Of a stretch of 64,000 nucleotides of DNA, positions 38,619 through 48,875 are shown in pieces; the first letter of the stretch is position 1, and every line of letters begins with the position of its first letter. The translations under genes were made by a program, and so were the position numbers. The notes beneath the pieces were generated by a model. The model saw only the letters and a program-made list of their open reading frames with translations. It did no database searches and was not told the DNA's origin. The stretch covers positions 32,001 through 96,000 of the forward strand of contig CAWHAA010000001.1 in the NCBI GenBank assembly GCA_963827275.1, given 5' to 3'. This DNA is from an uncultured Spirochaetota bacterium (GTDB lineage Bacteria; Spirochaetota; UBA4802; UBA5550).

Positions 38619-40541
38619 TCACCGCCTGTTTGCCACGTCACCCCGTATCATGTCAACAAGTTCTTCGTTCTTCATGGGGACCGATTTGTTCTCGCCGAGT
38701 TTCCGCACCGATACGGTGCCTTCGGCGACCTCTTTTTTGCCTATAACGGCGATATAGGGGGCCTTTTTCGCTATGGCGTCGCGGACCCGGTATCCCATGG
38801 TCTCTTCCCTGCGGTCGATTTCGGGCCTGAGCCCCAGCTCGATCATGCGGAGCTTCAGCTTTTCGACCGCGTCTGCCTCGGCATCGGACACGTTGATGAG
38901 GACCACCTGCACCGGGGCAAGCCATACCGGGAACTTTCCGCCGTAATGCTCGATCAGCACGCCGATGAACCGCTCCAGCGAGCCCAGCAACGCGCGGTGT
39001 ATCATGTATGGACGGTGCTTCTTCCCGTCGGTATCGACGTAGGTCAGGTCGAACCGCTCAGGCAGGTTGAAATCGAACTGTATGGTCGAGCACTGCCACT
39101 CACGACCGAGGATGTCCTTTATCTTGATGTCGATCTTGGGGCCGTAGAATGCACCGCCGCCCTCGTCCAGCTCGTACTGGATGCCGGCGCGCTTGACCGA
39201 CGCCTCGAGTGCCTTGATCGCCTCCTGCCACATCGCCTCGTCGCCGACGGATTTTTCCGACGGCCGGGTGGCGAGATAGACCTTGAAGTCCTCAAAACCG
39301 AATGAGCGGAGCATATAAAGGCAGAACGCGAGCACGCGGTCTATCTCATCCGGCATCTGGTCCGGGCGCACAAAGAGGTGCGCGTCGTCCTGCGTAAAGC
39401 CCCGCACCCGGAGAAGGCCGTGGAGCACGCCGGAGCGCTCGTACCTGTACACGGTGCCGAGCTCGGCCCAGCGCAGGGGCAGCTCGCGGTACGACCATCC
39501 CTTGTTCATATAAATCATTATATGGAAAGGGCAGTTCATCGGTTTGACGTAATAGGGCTGCCCGTCGATATCCATGGGCGAATACATATTCTCGGTGTAG
39601 AAGCCGAGGTGGCCGCTGGTCTCCCATAGCTGCGATTTCCCGATGTGGGGAGTGCCCACCAGGTCGTAGCCGTTCTTGAGGTGCTCATTGCGCCAGAAGT
39701 CCTCTATGATGTTGCGCAGGCAGGCCCCCTTGGGGTGCCACAGCACAAGGCCTGCCCCGGTCTCGTCGTGTATGGAGAAGAGATCGAGCTCCTTGCCGAG
39801 GCGGCGGTGGTCGCGGCGCTTCGCCTCTTCGAGAAACTCGAGATGCGACGCCAGGAGCTTTTTGTCGGGAAAGGCGATCCCGTATATGCGCTGCAGCATT
39901 TTGTTTTTTTCGCTGCCGCGCCAGTATGCGCCGGCGATGGAGAGGAGCTTGCAGGCCTTCAGGTACGAGGTGCGCGGGACGTGCGGCCCGCGGCAGAGGT
40001 CGTAGAATTCGCCCTGGCGGTAGATGGAAACGACGTCACTGGCCATGCCGTTGAGCATCTCCACCTTGTATATCTCCCCGGCGTCGGAGAACATTTGTAT
40101 CGCGTCCTGGCGCTTGATCTCCTCGCGGCGCACCTCGAGGTCCTCGCCGGCGATGGTGGCCATCATCCCCTCGATCCGGACAAGGTCTTCCGGCGTGAGG
40201 GCGGCGCCCATGTCGATGTCGTAGTAAAATCCATTTTCGATGGAAGGCCCGATCGCGAACTTGGCGTCGGGGAAGAGGCGCCGCACCGCCTGCGCCATCA
40301 GGTGCGATGCGGAGTGCCAGAATATCTCCTTTCCCGCGGGCGTGTCGAAGGTGACGGCCTTCAACGACGCGTCGCCATCCACCGCATGCCCGAGGTCAAC
40401 CGGCACGCCGTTCACCTCCGCCGCGAGTGCGGCTTTCTGGAGGCCGGCGCCGATTTTTCCCAGGATGCCGTGGACCGATTCGCCCCTTTCAGCCGTGACG
40501 GTCGATTTATCGGGTAATGTGATGGTTATCTGGCCGCTCAA
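38619..40541 (-). CDS. thrS: Threonine--tRNA ligase
   Basis: TGS domain, HSASHLMAQAV, DLCRGPHV, RDHRRLG, KPMNCP, FYGPKID, HRALLGSLERF. Confidence 0.97.
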   Translation of the reverse strand: MSGQITITLPDKSTVTAERGESVHGILGKIGAGLQKAALAAEVNGVPVDLGHAVDGDASLKAVTFDTPAGKEIFWHSASHLMAQAVRRLFPDAKFAIGPSIENGFYYDIDMGAALTPEDLVRIEGMMATIAGEDLEVRREEIKRQDAIQMFSDAGEIYKVEMLNGMASDVVSIYRQGEFYDLCRGPHVPRTSYLKACKLLSIAGAYWRGSEKNKMLQRIYGIAFPDKKLLASHLEFLEEAKRRDHRRLGKELDLFSIHDETGAGLVLWHPKGACLRNIIEDFWRNEHLKNGYDLVGTPHIGKSQLWETSGHLGFYTENMYSPMDIDGQPYYVKPMNCPFHIMIYMNKGWSYRELPLRWAELGTVYRYERSGVLHGLLRVRGFTQDDAHLFVRPDQMPDEIDRVLAFCLYMLRSFGFEDFKVYLATRPSEKSVGDEAMWQEAIKALEASVKRAGIQYELDEGGGAFYGPKIDIKIKDILGREWQCSTIQFDFNLPERFDLTYVDTDGKKHRPYMIHRALLGSLERFIGVLIEHYGGKFPVWLAPVQVVLINVSDAEADAVEKLKLRMIELGLRPEIDRREETMGYRVRDAIAKKAPYIAVIGKKEVAEGTVSVRKLGENKSVPMKNEELVDMIRGDVANRR

Positions 40542-40672
40542 AATAATACACTGTTCCTCTTATTACTTATTCCGGAGATACAAAACCCCCTCCATGTCCC
40601 CTGTGTCAGCTGTTTTTATGGCTTATCACATGGGGAGAGCGAGGGGGGTACGGAGAAAAACCCGTTGTTCTG

Positions 40673-40747
40673 TGGGCGATACTGGAGTTGAACCGGTGAC
40701 CTCCTGCGTGTCGAGCAGGCGCTCTAACCAAACTGAGCTAATCGCCC
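40673..40747 (-). tRNA. tRNA-Val(GAC)
   Basis: GGGCGAT acceptor strand, AGCTCAGTTTGGTTAGAGC D-arm, CCTGC-TCGACAC-GCAGG anticodon arm, GGTTCAAC T-loop; CCA not encoded. Confidence 0.93.
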
Positions 40748-40812
40748 AATGAGACAATAATATGGTAACTATTTTTTAGTAAGGAACATTGTCAACAATT
40801 TTTTATGGCGCG

Positions 40813-41136
40813 CTATACCAGCTGTTTCTTAAAAAGGACCACCACCGTAAGGTGGTCCTGTTCGTTGATGACGCGCATCACCCTGCCCCTGCGGTGGAGA
40901 CGGAATGACAGCTCGGGGCTTTCCGATATCACCTGCGCCCGCGCGCCCACGTTCTGTTCGGACACGAACTTCCTGTACGCATCGTCGATCAGGAGCGACG
41001 CGCCCCCCTCGGAGATATCGCGCAGCTTGCAGATGATTTCCCGGTCCTTGAAAAAGAACCTCTTTAACATGAGCTTTACGGAAAAGTCGGATCTGTTCTT
41101 GGGAAATTTAATGCGAGGAGATTTTCGTCGTTCCAT
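40813..41136 (-). CDS. PilZ-domain protein
   Basis: RRKSPR (RxxxR) and DISEGG (DxSxxG) c-di-GMP motifs. Confidence 0.85.
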   Translation of the reverse strand: MERRKSPRIKFPKNRSDFSVKLMLKRFFFKDREIICKLRDISEGGASLLIDDAYRKFVSEQNVGARAQVISESPELSFRLHRRGRVMRVINEQDHLTVVVLFKKQLV

Positions 41137-41266
41137 GATGCCGCCCTGGTCCCTGTAATGCGGAATGATACTATATGAGCGGGGGGGACGGCAAAAAAAG
41201 CAAATCCTTTTTCACGGCCGTGAAAAAAAAGGGACGCCCCGGGGGTGCCGGGACGATTCCGATGCG

Positions 41267-41881
41267 TCATTCTCCCAGGAGAATGGTCCGGTTTACCCTG
41301 CTCGATTCCAGGCGAACGGTCTTGTTCTTGTATAATTCCATCTTATTGACAAGCGCGAAATAATAGGAGTAAAATTGCCGTACGATTATCTTCTGCGAGT
41401 CCCTCTTCTGCAATTCGTTGACGGTATATTTTTCCTTTTCCCCTGTATTGGTGGCATACTCAACGAGAAGCTGCCCGAGGTCGTCACTGCCCGGCGTTGC
41501 GCAGGTATAGGTCTTCACTTCCCGCACCTTGGAGGTCATGTTGTACTGATAATATTCAAACACGATCTTGCTGATGCTGTTTTGCGACATATAGACCCTG
41601 GCCCTCTTGTTGTAAACCATGAAGATGCGGTCGATATGGTCGTACTGGTTCCCGGAGCTGATAACAAACGTATGCGTTCCCTCTTCGTCCGGCTTCAGCT
41701 TCAGCGCCTGCACCGCCGCCACCAGCCTCTGGTAGAGCTGGGGGATACGGTCATCGCGTGTGACATTTTCCCCTGAATCCCCGGCCCTGTTTTTCGATGA
41801 CACGGTTTCCTGCGCCCGGACTGTCCCCTGGGTCAGGAGGAGAGCGAGGGCGATGACGAAAATTAAAGAAATTTTTTGCAT
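41267..41881 (-). CDS. Secreted hypothetical protein
   Basis: Signal peptide ending VRA-Q; AAGGTG RBS; TTGCAG-N17-GATAAT promoter-like sequence upstream. Confidence 0.7.
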   Translation of the reverse strand: MQKISLIFVIALALLLTQGTVRAQETVSSKNRAGDSGENVTRDDRIPQLYQRLVAAVQALKLKPDEEGTHTFVISSGNQYDHIDRIFMVYNKRARVYMSQNSISKIVFEYYQYNMTSKVREVKTYTCATPGSDDLGQLLVEYATNTGEKEKYTVNELQKRDSQKIIVRQFYSYYFALVNKMELYKNKTVRLESSRVNRTILLGE

Positions 41882-42029
41882 TTCACACCTTTTGAAATAT
41901 TATCGGTAATGCGATTCCTTTCTGCAAGTACAAAAAATAGCATATTTTTGCATTTTTTCCTTGTCTAAAACAGGCGAGAACCAAAAAAATCATACACATA
42001 GGTCGTATAACTGCCACAGGAGGCCCCCC

Positions 42030-42800
42030 ATGCTCAAGCAAAGGATAGAGGATAACATCATCATTGCCACGCTGGATGACGGTATAACCAATACCATCAC
42101 CGAGGATGCACTGGACACGTTGAGCACCATCATCAAAAATGTTAATGAAAACAACGAAATCAAGGGCCTCATCATTACCGGGGCCGGAAAGACCTTCTGC
42201 TCCGGGTTCGACCTCCCCCTCTTTCTCGGCTTCAAAGACCTGGCGGAAGTGATCGCGTTTTTCAACAAGGAGGAGGAAATCCTCATTAACCTGTTCATGT
42301 GCCGCAAGCCGGTTGTCACGGTATGGAACGGGGCCGCAGTGGCCGGCGGTTTCATCTTTTCGATGGCGGCCGACTACCGGATCATGAAACGCCACCCCAA
42401 GATCAAGGTCGGCCTGAACGAGATCAAGATAGGGCTGGGCCTCTCCATCGTGCAGACAGAGGTGGTCCGCTTCGGCCTTGACAGCGACCGCCTCTACCGC
42501 GACGTCCTGTATAATGGGGAGATGCACGATATGGACAGGGCCCTGGAGCTCGGGATCATCGACGAAACGGCGGAAGAAGACCAGCTCATACCGCGGGCCA
42601 AGCAGGTGGTCTCCCGGTGGATCGACAACCCCGGTCGGGCCTTCATGCTTCTTAAGTATTCGCAACGGAAACCCTATGAAGACCGGATGCGCCAGCGGCT
42701 CAGGGACGAGGACTGGCAGAGCGGGTTCAACATCATGTTCGACAAGCAGACCAGGCAGTTTCTGCAGCTCGGGGCGAAGATGCAGCACCCGGACAAGTGA
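42030..42800 (+). CDS. Enoyl-CoA hydratase/isomerase family protein
   Basis: FCSGFDL, KPVV...NGAAVAGG, ADYR, GLNEIKIGL; ATG 42030 with AGGAGG RBS. Confidence 0.88.
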   Translation: MLKQRIEDNIIIATLDDGITNTITEDALDTLSTIIKNVNENNEIKGLIITGAGKTFCSGFDLPLFLGFKDLAEVIAFFNKEEEILINLFMCRKPVVTVWNGAAVAGGFIFSMAADYRIMKRHPKIKVGLNEIKIGLGLSIVQTEVVRFGLDSDRLYRDVLYNGEMHDMDRALELGIIDETAEEDQLIPRAKQVVSRWIDNPGRAFMLLKYSQRKPYEDRMRQRLRDEDWQSGFNIMFDKQTRQFLQLGAKMQHPDK

Positions 42801-42954
42801 GACACTACTTAAAATATGCCTGCCGGGGACCATCCCGGCGGGCAATTATGAATGCACATAAGCACGCATATCATTGATACTTAAAAAAGGCTTGACTTCC
42901 ATTGATTTTTACCGATTGTAAGGGTAATCATTAACTACAAGCAGGGCGATAATC

Positions 42955-43419
42955 ATGAAACTTATAGAAGGCAAAATTGACGCGACCGGTCTCAAGGTCG
43001 CCATCGTCGTATCCCGGTTCAACGAGTTCATCACCAACAAGCTCCTCAGCGGCGCTATCGACTGCCTGAAGCGGAACAACGCCGACGAAGAAAACATAAC
43101 CGTCGCGTGGGTGCCCGGGTCGTTCGAGATCCCCTCCGTGGCCAGGCTCCTGGCTCTGTCGAACAAGTACGACGCGGTCATATGCCTCGGCGCGGTGATC
43201 CGCGGGTCCACGCCGCATTTCGATTACGTGGCGGCGGAGGTCTCCAAGGGCGTGGCCAGCATCAGCCTCGCATCAAAAATACCGGTCATCTTCGGCGTGC
43301 TGACCACCGACTCGATCGAACAGGCAATTGAACGCGCGGGCACCAAGTCAGGCAACAAGGGCTTTGATGCCGCCATGTCGGCGATCGAAATGTCAAATCT
43401 CTACAAGCATATAGGATAA
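42955..43419 (+). CDS. ribH: 6,7-dimethyl-8-ribityllumazine synthase
   Basis: [40 protein letters not shown]. Confidence 0.97.
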   Translation: MKLIEGKIDATGLKVAIVVSRFNEFITNKLLSGAIDCLKRNNADEENITVAWVPGSFEIPSVARLLALSNKYDAVICLGAVIRGSTPHFDYVAAEVSKGVASISLASKIPVIFGVLTTDSIEQAIERAGTKSGNKGFDAAMSAIEMSNLYKHIG

Positions 43420-43847
43420 TGGGGCACAGAAGAAAAGCCAGGGAATACGCCCTCCAGGGCCTTTACATGCATGAAATTTCAGGTACCCCGGTTGAAGACC
43501 TGCTCAGGATCGGGTGGGCCGAGACGCCGATTCCCGACAACATCCTCGAGTTCTCCGTTACCCTTATCGAAGGGACGCTCGGTCATCTCGGCGAAATCGA
43601 CGACATCATCAATACACATTCGAAAAACTGGAAATTTGAGCGGTTGAGCGCCGTGGACAAATCAATCCTCAGGATTTCGATATTTGCCCTGCTCTACCTC
43701 AAGGACATCCCCGCGGCCGTAACCATTAATGAAGGGATCGAGCTGGGGAAGATATACGGCGGCGAAGGCTCCGGCCAGTTCATCAATGGCATCCTTGACG
43801 CAGTGCGCAAGCAAGTTTTCAGAGAGGAGGAACAGAAAAACCAGTGA
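43419..43847 (+). CDS. nusB: Transcription antitermination factor NusB
   Basis: RRKAREYALQGLY, VDKSILR, INEGIELGK.YG, FINGILD. Confidence 0.95.
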   Translation: MGHRRKAREYALQGLYMHEISGTPVEDLLRIGWAETPIPDNILEFSVTLIEGTLGHLGEIDDIINTHSKNWKFERLSAVDKSILRISIFALLYLKDIPAAVTINEGIELGKIYGGEGSGQFINGILDAVRKQVFREEEQKNQ

Positions 43848-45895
43848 TGAAAGAAAAAGACAGACCCCGATCACCGGAACCCGGCATCGACCGTGACGAC
43901 CTCCTGCTTGAAAAAAACAGGATCAGCGGCATAGAGCCCGCCGCGGAAGACGCAGGAACGGCGCCGAAGAAATTCGATAAAAAACCCCTCATCATACTTT
44001 CCCTGATCGTGGGGCTCCTGCTGATCGCCATTCTCGTCCTCACACAGTTCGTGTTCAAAAAGCCCCAGGGGTTCGCCCCGTCGGCCACGAACCCCAACGC
44101 GCCGTTCGACGAAAAGCGGAGCGAGGAAAACCTCAAATCGGAAAACCCGGGCATACAGCGCGGCAGGGAGAGCTACTCCCGCGGCTATCTGGCGGACGCC
44201 ATTACCGAATTCAATAACGTGGTCGAATCCGACGCAACGGACCGCGACAAGGCCATCGCCCTCACCTACCTGGGCATGATACACGACGACAAGGGCGACT
44301 ACGACAGCGCCGAGAAGTACTTCACCCGCGCCCTGACCTATGACAAGAACAATCCCGATATTTACAAAAACCTCTCCATGACGTACCGGCACAAGAAGCA
44401 GTTCGACAAGGCCGTGGAGAGCGCGGAAAAGTCCGCCTCGATGAAGACCGATGATACCGACGCGAAGATCCTCCTCGGAAACGTCTATTTCGAGACCGGG
44501 CGCTACGACGAGGCCATCGCCGCATACCGCGAGGCCCTCGACAGCGCGCCGGACAACCCCCGGCTCCTCTACAACCTCGGCTCGGCCCTGATGAAGAAAG
44601 GGGACGAGTTTGCGGCCATGGAATACTTCAAGAAGGCGGGCGCGGCGGACCGCATCGGCGAGGTGGCGCACCGCGCCTACTCGCGGCTCGGCGTCATCTA
44701 CACCGAGAGAAAGGATTTTGCCGAGGCGGAAAAATACCTCAAGGAGGCCGTTTCGATCAGGCCCAACGACGCGCTGAACCGCTACAACCTCGGCATCGCG
44801 TACCTGAGGCAAAAGAAGACGGATGAGGCGATCGAGGAGCTCGCCAAAGCTGAAGCGCTGGGCGAGAACAACGCGGCGGTGCTTGAAAATATCGGCGAAG
44901 CGTATTTCTCCATGAAACAATACGATCGGAGCCTCGAGGTTTACAACAGGGTTAAAAAGGAAAACGAGCGGAACGTGAAAATCCTCTCCCGCATCGCCGA
45001 GATATACTATGAAAAGGGCGAGCTTGACAGCGCCTACGAGATGTACCGGAAGATAACCGTGCTGGAGCCGGCCACCGAGAACGCGCGGGTCGCCTACCTG
45101 AACATGGGCAACATCCTGGACGACGCGCAGCGGTTCGACGAGGCGGTCGAGGCATACCGCAAGGCGCTGACCATCAGCCCCAAGGACGATACCGTATACT
45201 ACAACCTGGGCATCGCCTACAAGCACGCGGGAAAGCCCGAGCTCGCCATCGCCGCGTGGAAGAAGGGGGCCGAGCTCGACCCGAACGATTCCCAGCCCGC
45301 CGTCGCCATCGCGGACTATTACTACGAGCGCGGGTACTACGACCTCGCCGAGACGGAATACCGCCGCATCGTCGGCCGGTGGCCGAACATCCAGGAGCCC
45401 CACTTCAAGATGGGCACCATGTACTACAAGCGCGGCAATTTCGACTACGCGCTGAACGCGTACAACCGGGTGATCGAAATCGAGCCGAACTCCGACCTCG
45501 GCCGCAAGGCCCTGATCAACAAGGCCATCCTGGTTTCGAAGACCGGCGCCGGCGACGAGGGCGTCGAAAAGGCGATGAACCTGGTCCAGAAAGCCATCCT
45601 CATGAAGCCGGAGGACCCGGAGGCCCTCTTTGCGCTGGGGATCATCTACATGAAGAAAGAGATGTACGACAACGCCATGGACACCTTCTACCAGGTAGTG
45701 AAAAGCGCCGGGGAAAACCGCCTCGTTGCCGATGCGTACAACAATATCGGCAAGTGCTATTACAAGAAAAAGCAGTACAAGAAGGCGCTCCAGGCCTTCA
45801 CCAGGGGCATAGAGGAAGACCCGGAGAGCGAAGAGCTGAGGATGAACCGGAAGGCCGCGACACAGGCCTACGAGGCGGAGCTGAGCAGGGAATAA
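43844..45895 (+). CDS. Membrane-anchored TPR protein
   Basis: One TM segment, then many 34-aa TPRs (YNLG...A...Y..A). Confidence 0.9.
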   Translation: MMKEKDRPRSPEPGIDRDDLLLEKNRISGIEPAAEDAGTAPKKFDKKPLIILSLIVGLLLIAILVLTQFVFKKPQGFAPSATNPNAPFDEKRSEENLKSENPGIQRGRESYSRGYLADAITEFNNVVESDATDRDKAIALTYLGMIHDDKGDYDSAEKYFTRALTYDKNNPDIYKNLSMTYRHKKQFDKAVESAEKSASMKTDDTDAKILLGNVYFETGRYDEAIAAYREALDSAPDNPRLLYNLGSALMKKGDEFAAMEYFKKAGAADRIGEVAHRAYSRLGVIYTERKDFAEAEKYLKEAVSIRPNDALNRYNLGIAYLRQKKTDEAIEELAKAEALGENNAAVLENIGEAYFSMKQYDRSLEVYNRVKKENERNVKILSRIAEIYYEKGELDSAYEMYRKITVLEPATENARVAYLNMGNILDDAQRFDEAVEAYRKALTISPKDDTVYYNLGIAYKHAGKPELAIAAWKKGAELDPNDSQPAVAIADYYYERGYYDLAETEYRRIVGRWPNIQEPHFKMGTMYYKRGNFDYALNAYNRVIEIEPNSDLGRKALINKAILVSKTGAGDEGVEKAMNLVQKAILMKPEDPEALFALGIIYMKKEMYDNAMDTFYQVVKSAGENRLVADAYNNIGKCYYKKKQYKKALQAFTRGIEEDPESEELRMNRKAATQAYEAELSRE

Positions 45896-45897
45896 CG

Positions 45898-47049
45898 ATG
45901 CGGGTCGACCGGAATTTCTTACAGGAACTCGAGAAAAAAACGCTGGCGCCCTATGCGGCCCTTTCCGCCGCCTCGAGAGGAAGGCGGTTCAAGGAGAAGC
46001 CCCACTCCTACCGGACGGAATTCCAGCGCGACCGCGAGCGCATCATCCATTCCCGCGCGTTCCGCAGGCTTGAATACAAGACGCAGGTCTTCATCAACCA
46101 CGAGGGCGACCATTACCGCACGAGGCTGACCCACACCATAGAGGTTGCCCAGATCGCCAGGGGGATTGCCCGGGCGCTCCGGCTCAACGAGGACCTGGCC
46201 GAAAGCATCGCGCTGGCGCACGACCTCGGCCATACGCCCTTCGGGCACGCGGGGGAACGGGAGCTTGACCAGCTCCTCAAAGACCACGGCGGGTTCGAGC
46301 ACAACCGCCAGAGCCTCAGGGTGGTGGACGAGCTGGAAAAGCGCTACCCTGACTTCAACGGCATAAACCTCACCTGGGAGACGCGCGAGGGCATCATCAA
46401 GCATTCCTCCGCGCACGACCATCCGGAGGCGAGCGAATTTTCCCCCGGGACCCAGCCTTCACTTGAGGCCCAGACCATCGACCTCGCGGACGAGATAGCC
46501 TACAACAACCACGACCTTGACGACGGTCTGTCGTCCGGGATCCTCGCGCCCGGCGACGTAAAAAAACTCGCGATATGGTCAATGGGCGAGACGCGGTACA
46601 ACCGGGAGGCAAAGGGCGACCTGAAGATCAGGCGCCAGGGGATCATACGCTCGATCATCGACCTGCTCGTGTCCGATCTCATTGAGAACACCCTGCGGCG
46701 CATTGAAAAATTTTCCATCAAAAGCCTCACCGATGTCGGCAGGGCGCCAGAAAAAATAGTCACGTTTTCAAGCGATATCGAGGCGGCAACCGGCGAGCTG
46801 AAGGACTTTCTCATGGAAAACCTCTACCAGCATTACCGGGTCGCCAGGATGACCATCAAGGCCTCCATGGTAATCCGGGACCTGTTCCAGATTTACACCG
46901 GGCACCCGGACACGCTGCCTGAAGACTATCAGAAAAAATACCCGAAAGACGGGGTGGTCCTGACCGCGACGGATTATATTGCCGGCATGACTGACCGTTT
47001 CGCCCTTGAAGAGCACCAGAAGCTGACCGATCCGATGATACGGGTATAA
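45898..47049 (+). CDS. dgt: dGTP triphosphohydrolase (HD domain)
   Basis: RTEFQRDRERIIHSRAFRRLEYKTQVF, RTRLTHT, HDLGHTPFGHAGE, DYIAGMTD; start ATG 45898. Confidence 0.95.
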   Translation: MRVDRNFLQELEKKTLAPYAALSAASRGRRFKEKPHSYRTEFQRDRERIIHSRAFRRLEYKTQVFINHEGDHYRTRLTHTIEVAQIARGIARALRLNEDLAESIALAHDLGHTPFGHAGERELDQLLKDHGGFEHNRQSLRVVDELEKRYPDFNGINLTWETREGIIKHSSAHDHPEASEFSPGTQPSLEAQTIDLADEIAYNNHDLDDGLSSGILAPGDVKKLAIWSMGETRYNREAKGDLKIRRQGIIRSIIDLLVSDLIENTLRRIEKFSIKSLTDVGRAPEKIVTFSSDIEAATGELKDFLMENLYQHYRVARMTIKASMVIRDLFQIYTGHPDTLPEDYQKKYPKDGVVLTATDYIAGMTDRFALEEHQKLTDPMIRV

Positions 47050-47126
47050 CGGACACTGCCCGGACACCGGGACCGCCGGGACCGATGAGATCGCAGCGCA
47101 TATCAGAAGCGCAGAGGAATCACGTC

Positions 47127-47624
47127 ATGGACAACGAATATCCGGAACTGCCGGAAGAGATCAGGGAGCTGCTGGAACGGGGCGAGCAGATCGACGAGAT
47201 CCGTCTCGACCGGGACGGCAGCTGGTTCCACAACGGCCAGCCGTTCGCGAATAAAAAGATCATCGATTTTTTCAACCGCTCGATAAACATCACCCGCGAC
47301 GGCACCCACGTGATCCATTATGGCCGGTACACCTATCCGATCATCGTGGAAGACGCCCCTCTTTTTGTATCCGGCGTCTGGTTCAAGGGGTTCGGGCAAT
47401 GGGAAAAAATCACCATCAACCTTTCCAACGGCTCCTCGGAACTGCTTGACATTCACTCGCTCTGCTACAAAAATAAGACCCTGTACTGCCGGGCAGCGGG
47501 AGGCAGGATGATCGCGAAATTCAGAAATTCACCCTTCTATCACCTCATGGAACGGATTGACGAGATTGATGGGAAATTTTATCTTACCCTCTGCGGCACA
47601 AAAATCCAGATTGAACAGGACTGA
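47127..47624 (+). CDS. DUF1285-like protein
   Basis: IRLDRDGSWFHNG, PIIVEDAPLFV. Confidence 0.7.
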   Translation: MDNEYPELPEEIRELLERGEQIDEIRLDRDGSWFHNGQPFANKKIIDFFNRSINITRDGTHVIHYGRYTYPIIVEDAPLFVSGVWFKGFGQWEKITINLSNGSSELLDIHSLCYKNKTLYCRAAGGRMIAKFRNSPFYHLMERIDEIDGKFYLTLCGTKIQIEQD

Positions 47625-47627
47625 GAC

Positions 47628-48875
47628 ATGAAAAAATTCACCTACCCGCTTCTCGCGCTGGCCATCGCGGGCGCAATCATTTCAGGGATGCTGCTCCTGC
47701 AGCATTATTATCCCGATGCGAAAATCGGACTGATTACCTGCGGCGACGGGATATTCAACCCCTGCCTCTCGCTCGCCCAATCAGGCTATGCAACGCTCTT
47801 CAACATGCCGATTGCCGCCTACGGCCTCCTCTGGTACCTGCTCGCACTGTTCATCCTGCTGATCGCCGATTACGCCGGCGGACGGTACCATGCCTATTCA
47901 CTCGCGCTGATCCTTCCCCTGTCGGCCGCGGGCGTCGCCGCCGACATCGCCCTTGGAATAATCCTGATCAAGCTGAAGATACTGTGTACTTTCTGCGTGG
48001 CCACCTACGTGATAAACCTTGCTATCCTGGCCCTGTCGTTACTATGGTTTCGATCGGCAAAACAAAGCGACGGCTTTTCACTCCCGGGGGCTCTGCGCGA
48101 GCTGACGGCGGCTGATTCAACCCCCGACCGCAAGGCATTCCATTCCGCTTTCATCCTGTTCTTTTTTCTCCTCGTATTTTCGGTATTTGCGACATCACTC
48201 ATATTGAAGGTCAAGACCGCGACAGCGAAAATCCCCGAAAACAAGGCGACCGCGTTTCTCCAGAATTTTTATCGCGCTCCCGCGCAAAATATCACGTTCC
48301 CCGACAGCGGCATCACCCTGGGAAATCCGAGGGCAGAGGTGACCATTGTCGCCTTTACCGATTTCCTTTGCAGCGCCTGCTACCAGCTGTACCGGCAGGA
48401 ATCAATGATCTTTTCGAAATACAGGGACCGGGTAAAAATAGTCTATTATAACTATCCTCTTGACAGGAGCTGCAACCAGGAGCTGAAGAGGACCGTGTAT
48501 AATAATTCCTGCATCGCCTCGCGCGCATTCCTGGCGGCGTCAGACCGCGGCATGGTAGAGGAATATATACTCAAGCATTTCGCAGACTATGAGAACACAC
48601 ATTCCCGCTATTCCATGGAGCTGGCGCTCCGGGCATTCACCCATATTGATGAGGGAAAACGCGGGGGAATGACCGCCGGGCAATTCCAGAGCCTCATGAC
48701 ATCTCCCGCGATAGCTGCGAGGCTCGACGAGCATGTACGGCTTGCCAAACAGCTCAAGGTTGACGCCACGCCGACGCTCTACATCGGCGGCAGGAGGCTG
48801 GTCGGCGTACCGCCAATGGAAATACTTGACCAGATACTGCAAAACGAGCTGGCCGGCAGGAAGTCGTCACATTAA
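47628..48875 (+). CDS. VKOR-family membrane domain fused to a DsbA/thioredoxin domain
   Basis: C...C loop and CTFC in the TM domain; FTDFLCSAC and DATPTLYI in the C-terminal domain. Confidence 0.88.
   Translation: MKKFTYPLLALAIAGAIISGMLLLQHYYPDAKIGLITCGDGIFNPCLSLAQSGYATLFNMPIAAYGLLWYLLALFILLIADYAGGRYHAYSLALILPLSAAGVAADIALGIILIKLKILCTFCVATYVINLAILALSLLWFRSAKQSDGFSLPGALRELTAADSTPDRKAFHSAFILFFFLLVFSVFATSLILKVKTATAKIPENKATAFLQNFYRAPAQNITFPDSGITLGNPRAEVTIVAFTDFLCSACYQLYRQESMIFSKYRDRVKIVYYNYPLDRSCNQELKRTVYNNSCIASRAFLAASDRGMVEEYILKHFADYENTHSRYSMELALRAFTHIDEGKRGGMTAGQFQSLMTSPAIAARLDEHVRLAKQLKVDATPTLYIGGRRLVGVPPMEILDQILQNELAGRKSSH

Noticed and set aside
40706..40718. C at position 33 of tRNA-Val(GAC) as a defect
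   Set aside because: I recall this variant in other bacterial Val(GAC) tRNAs, and the cloverleaf is otherwise intact.
41267..41881. Assignment as a Leptospira-type flagellar sheath protein
   Set aside because: Only a vague resemblance; it cannot be supported without a profile search.
43871..45403. 510-aa minus-strand ORF
   Set aside because: Antisense shadow of the TPR gene.
45256..45897. N-terminal extension of dgt given by the ORF track
   Set aside because: It overlaps the TPR gene in another frame; dGTPase homology starts at ATG 45898.
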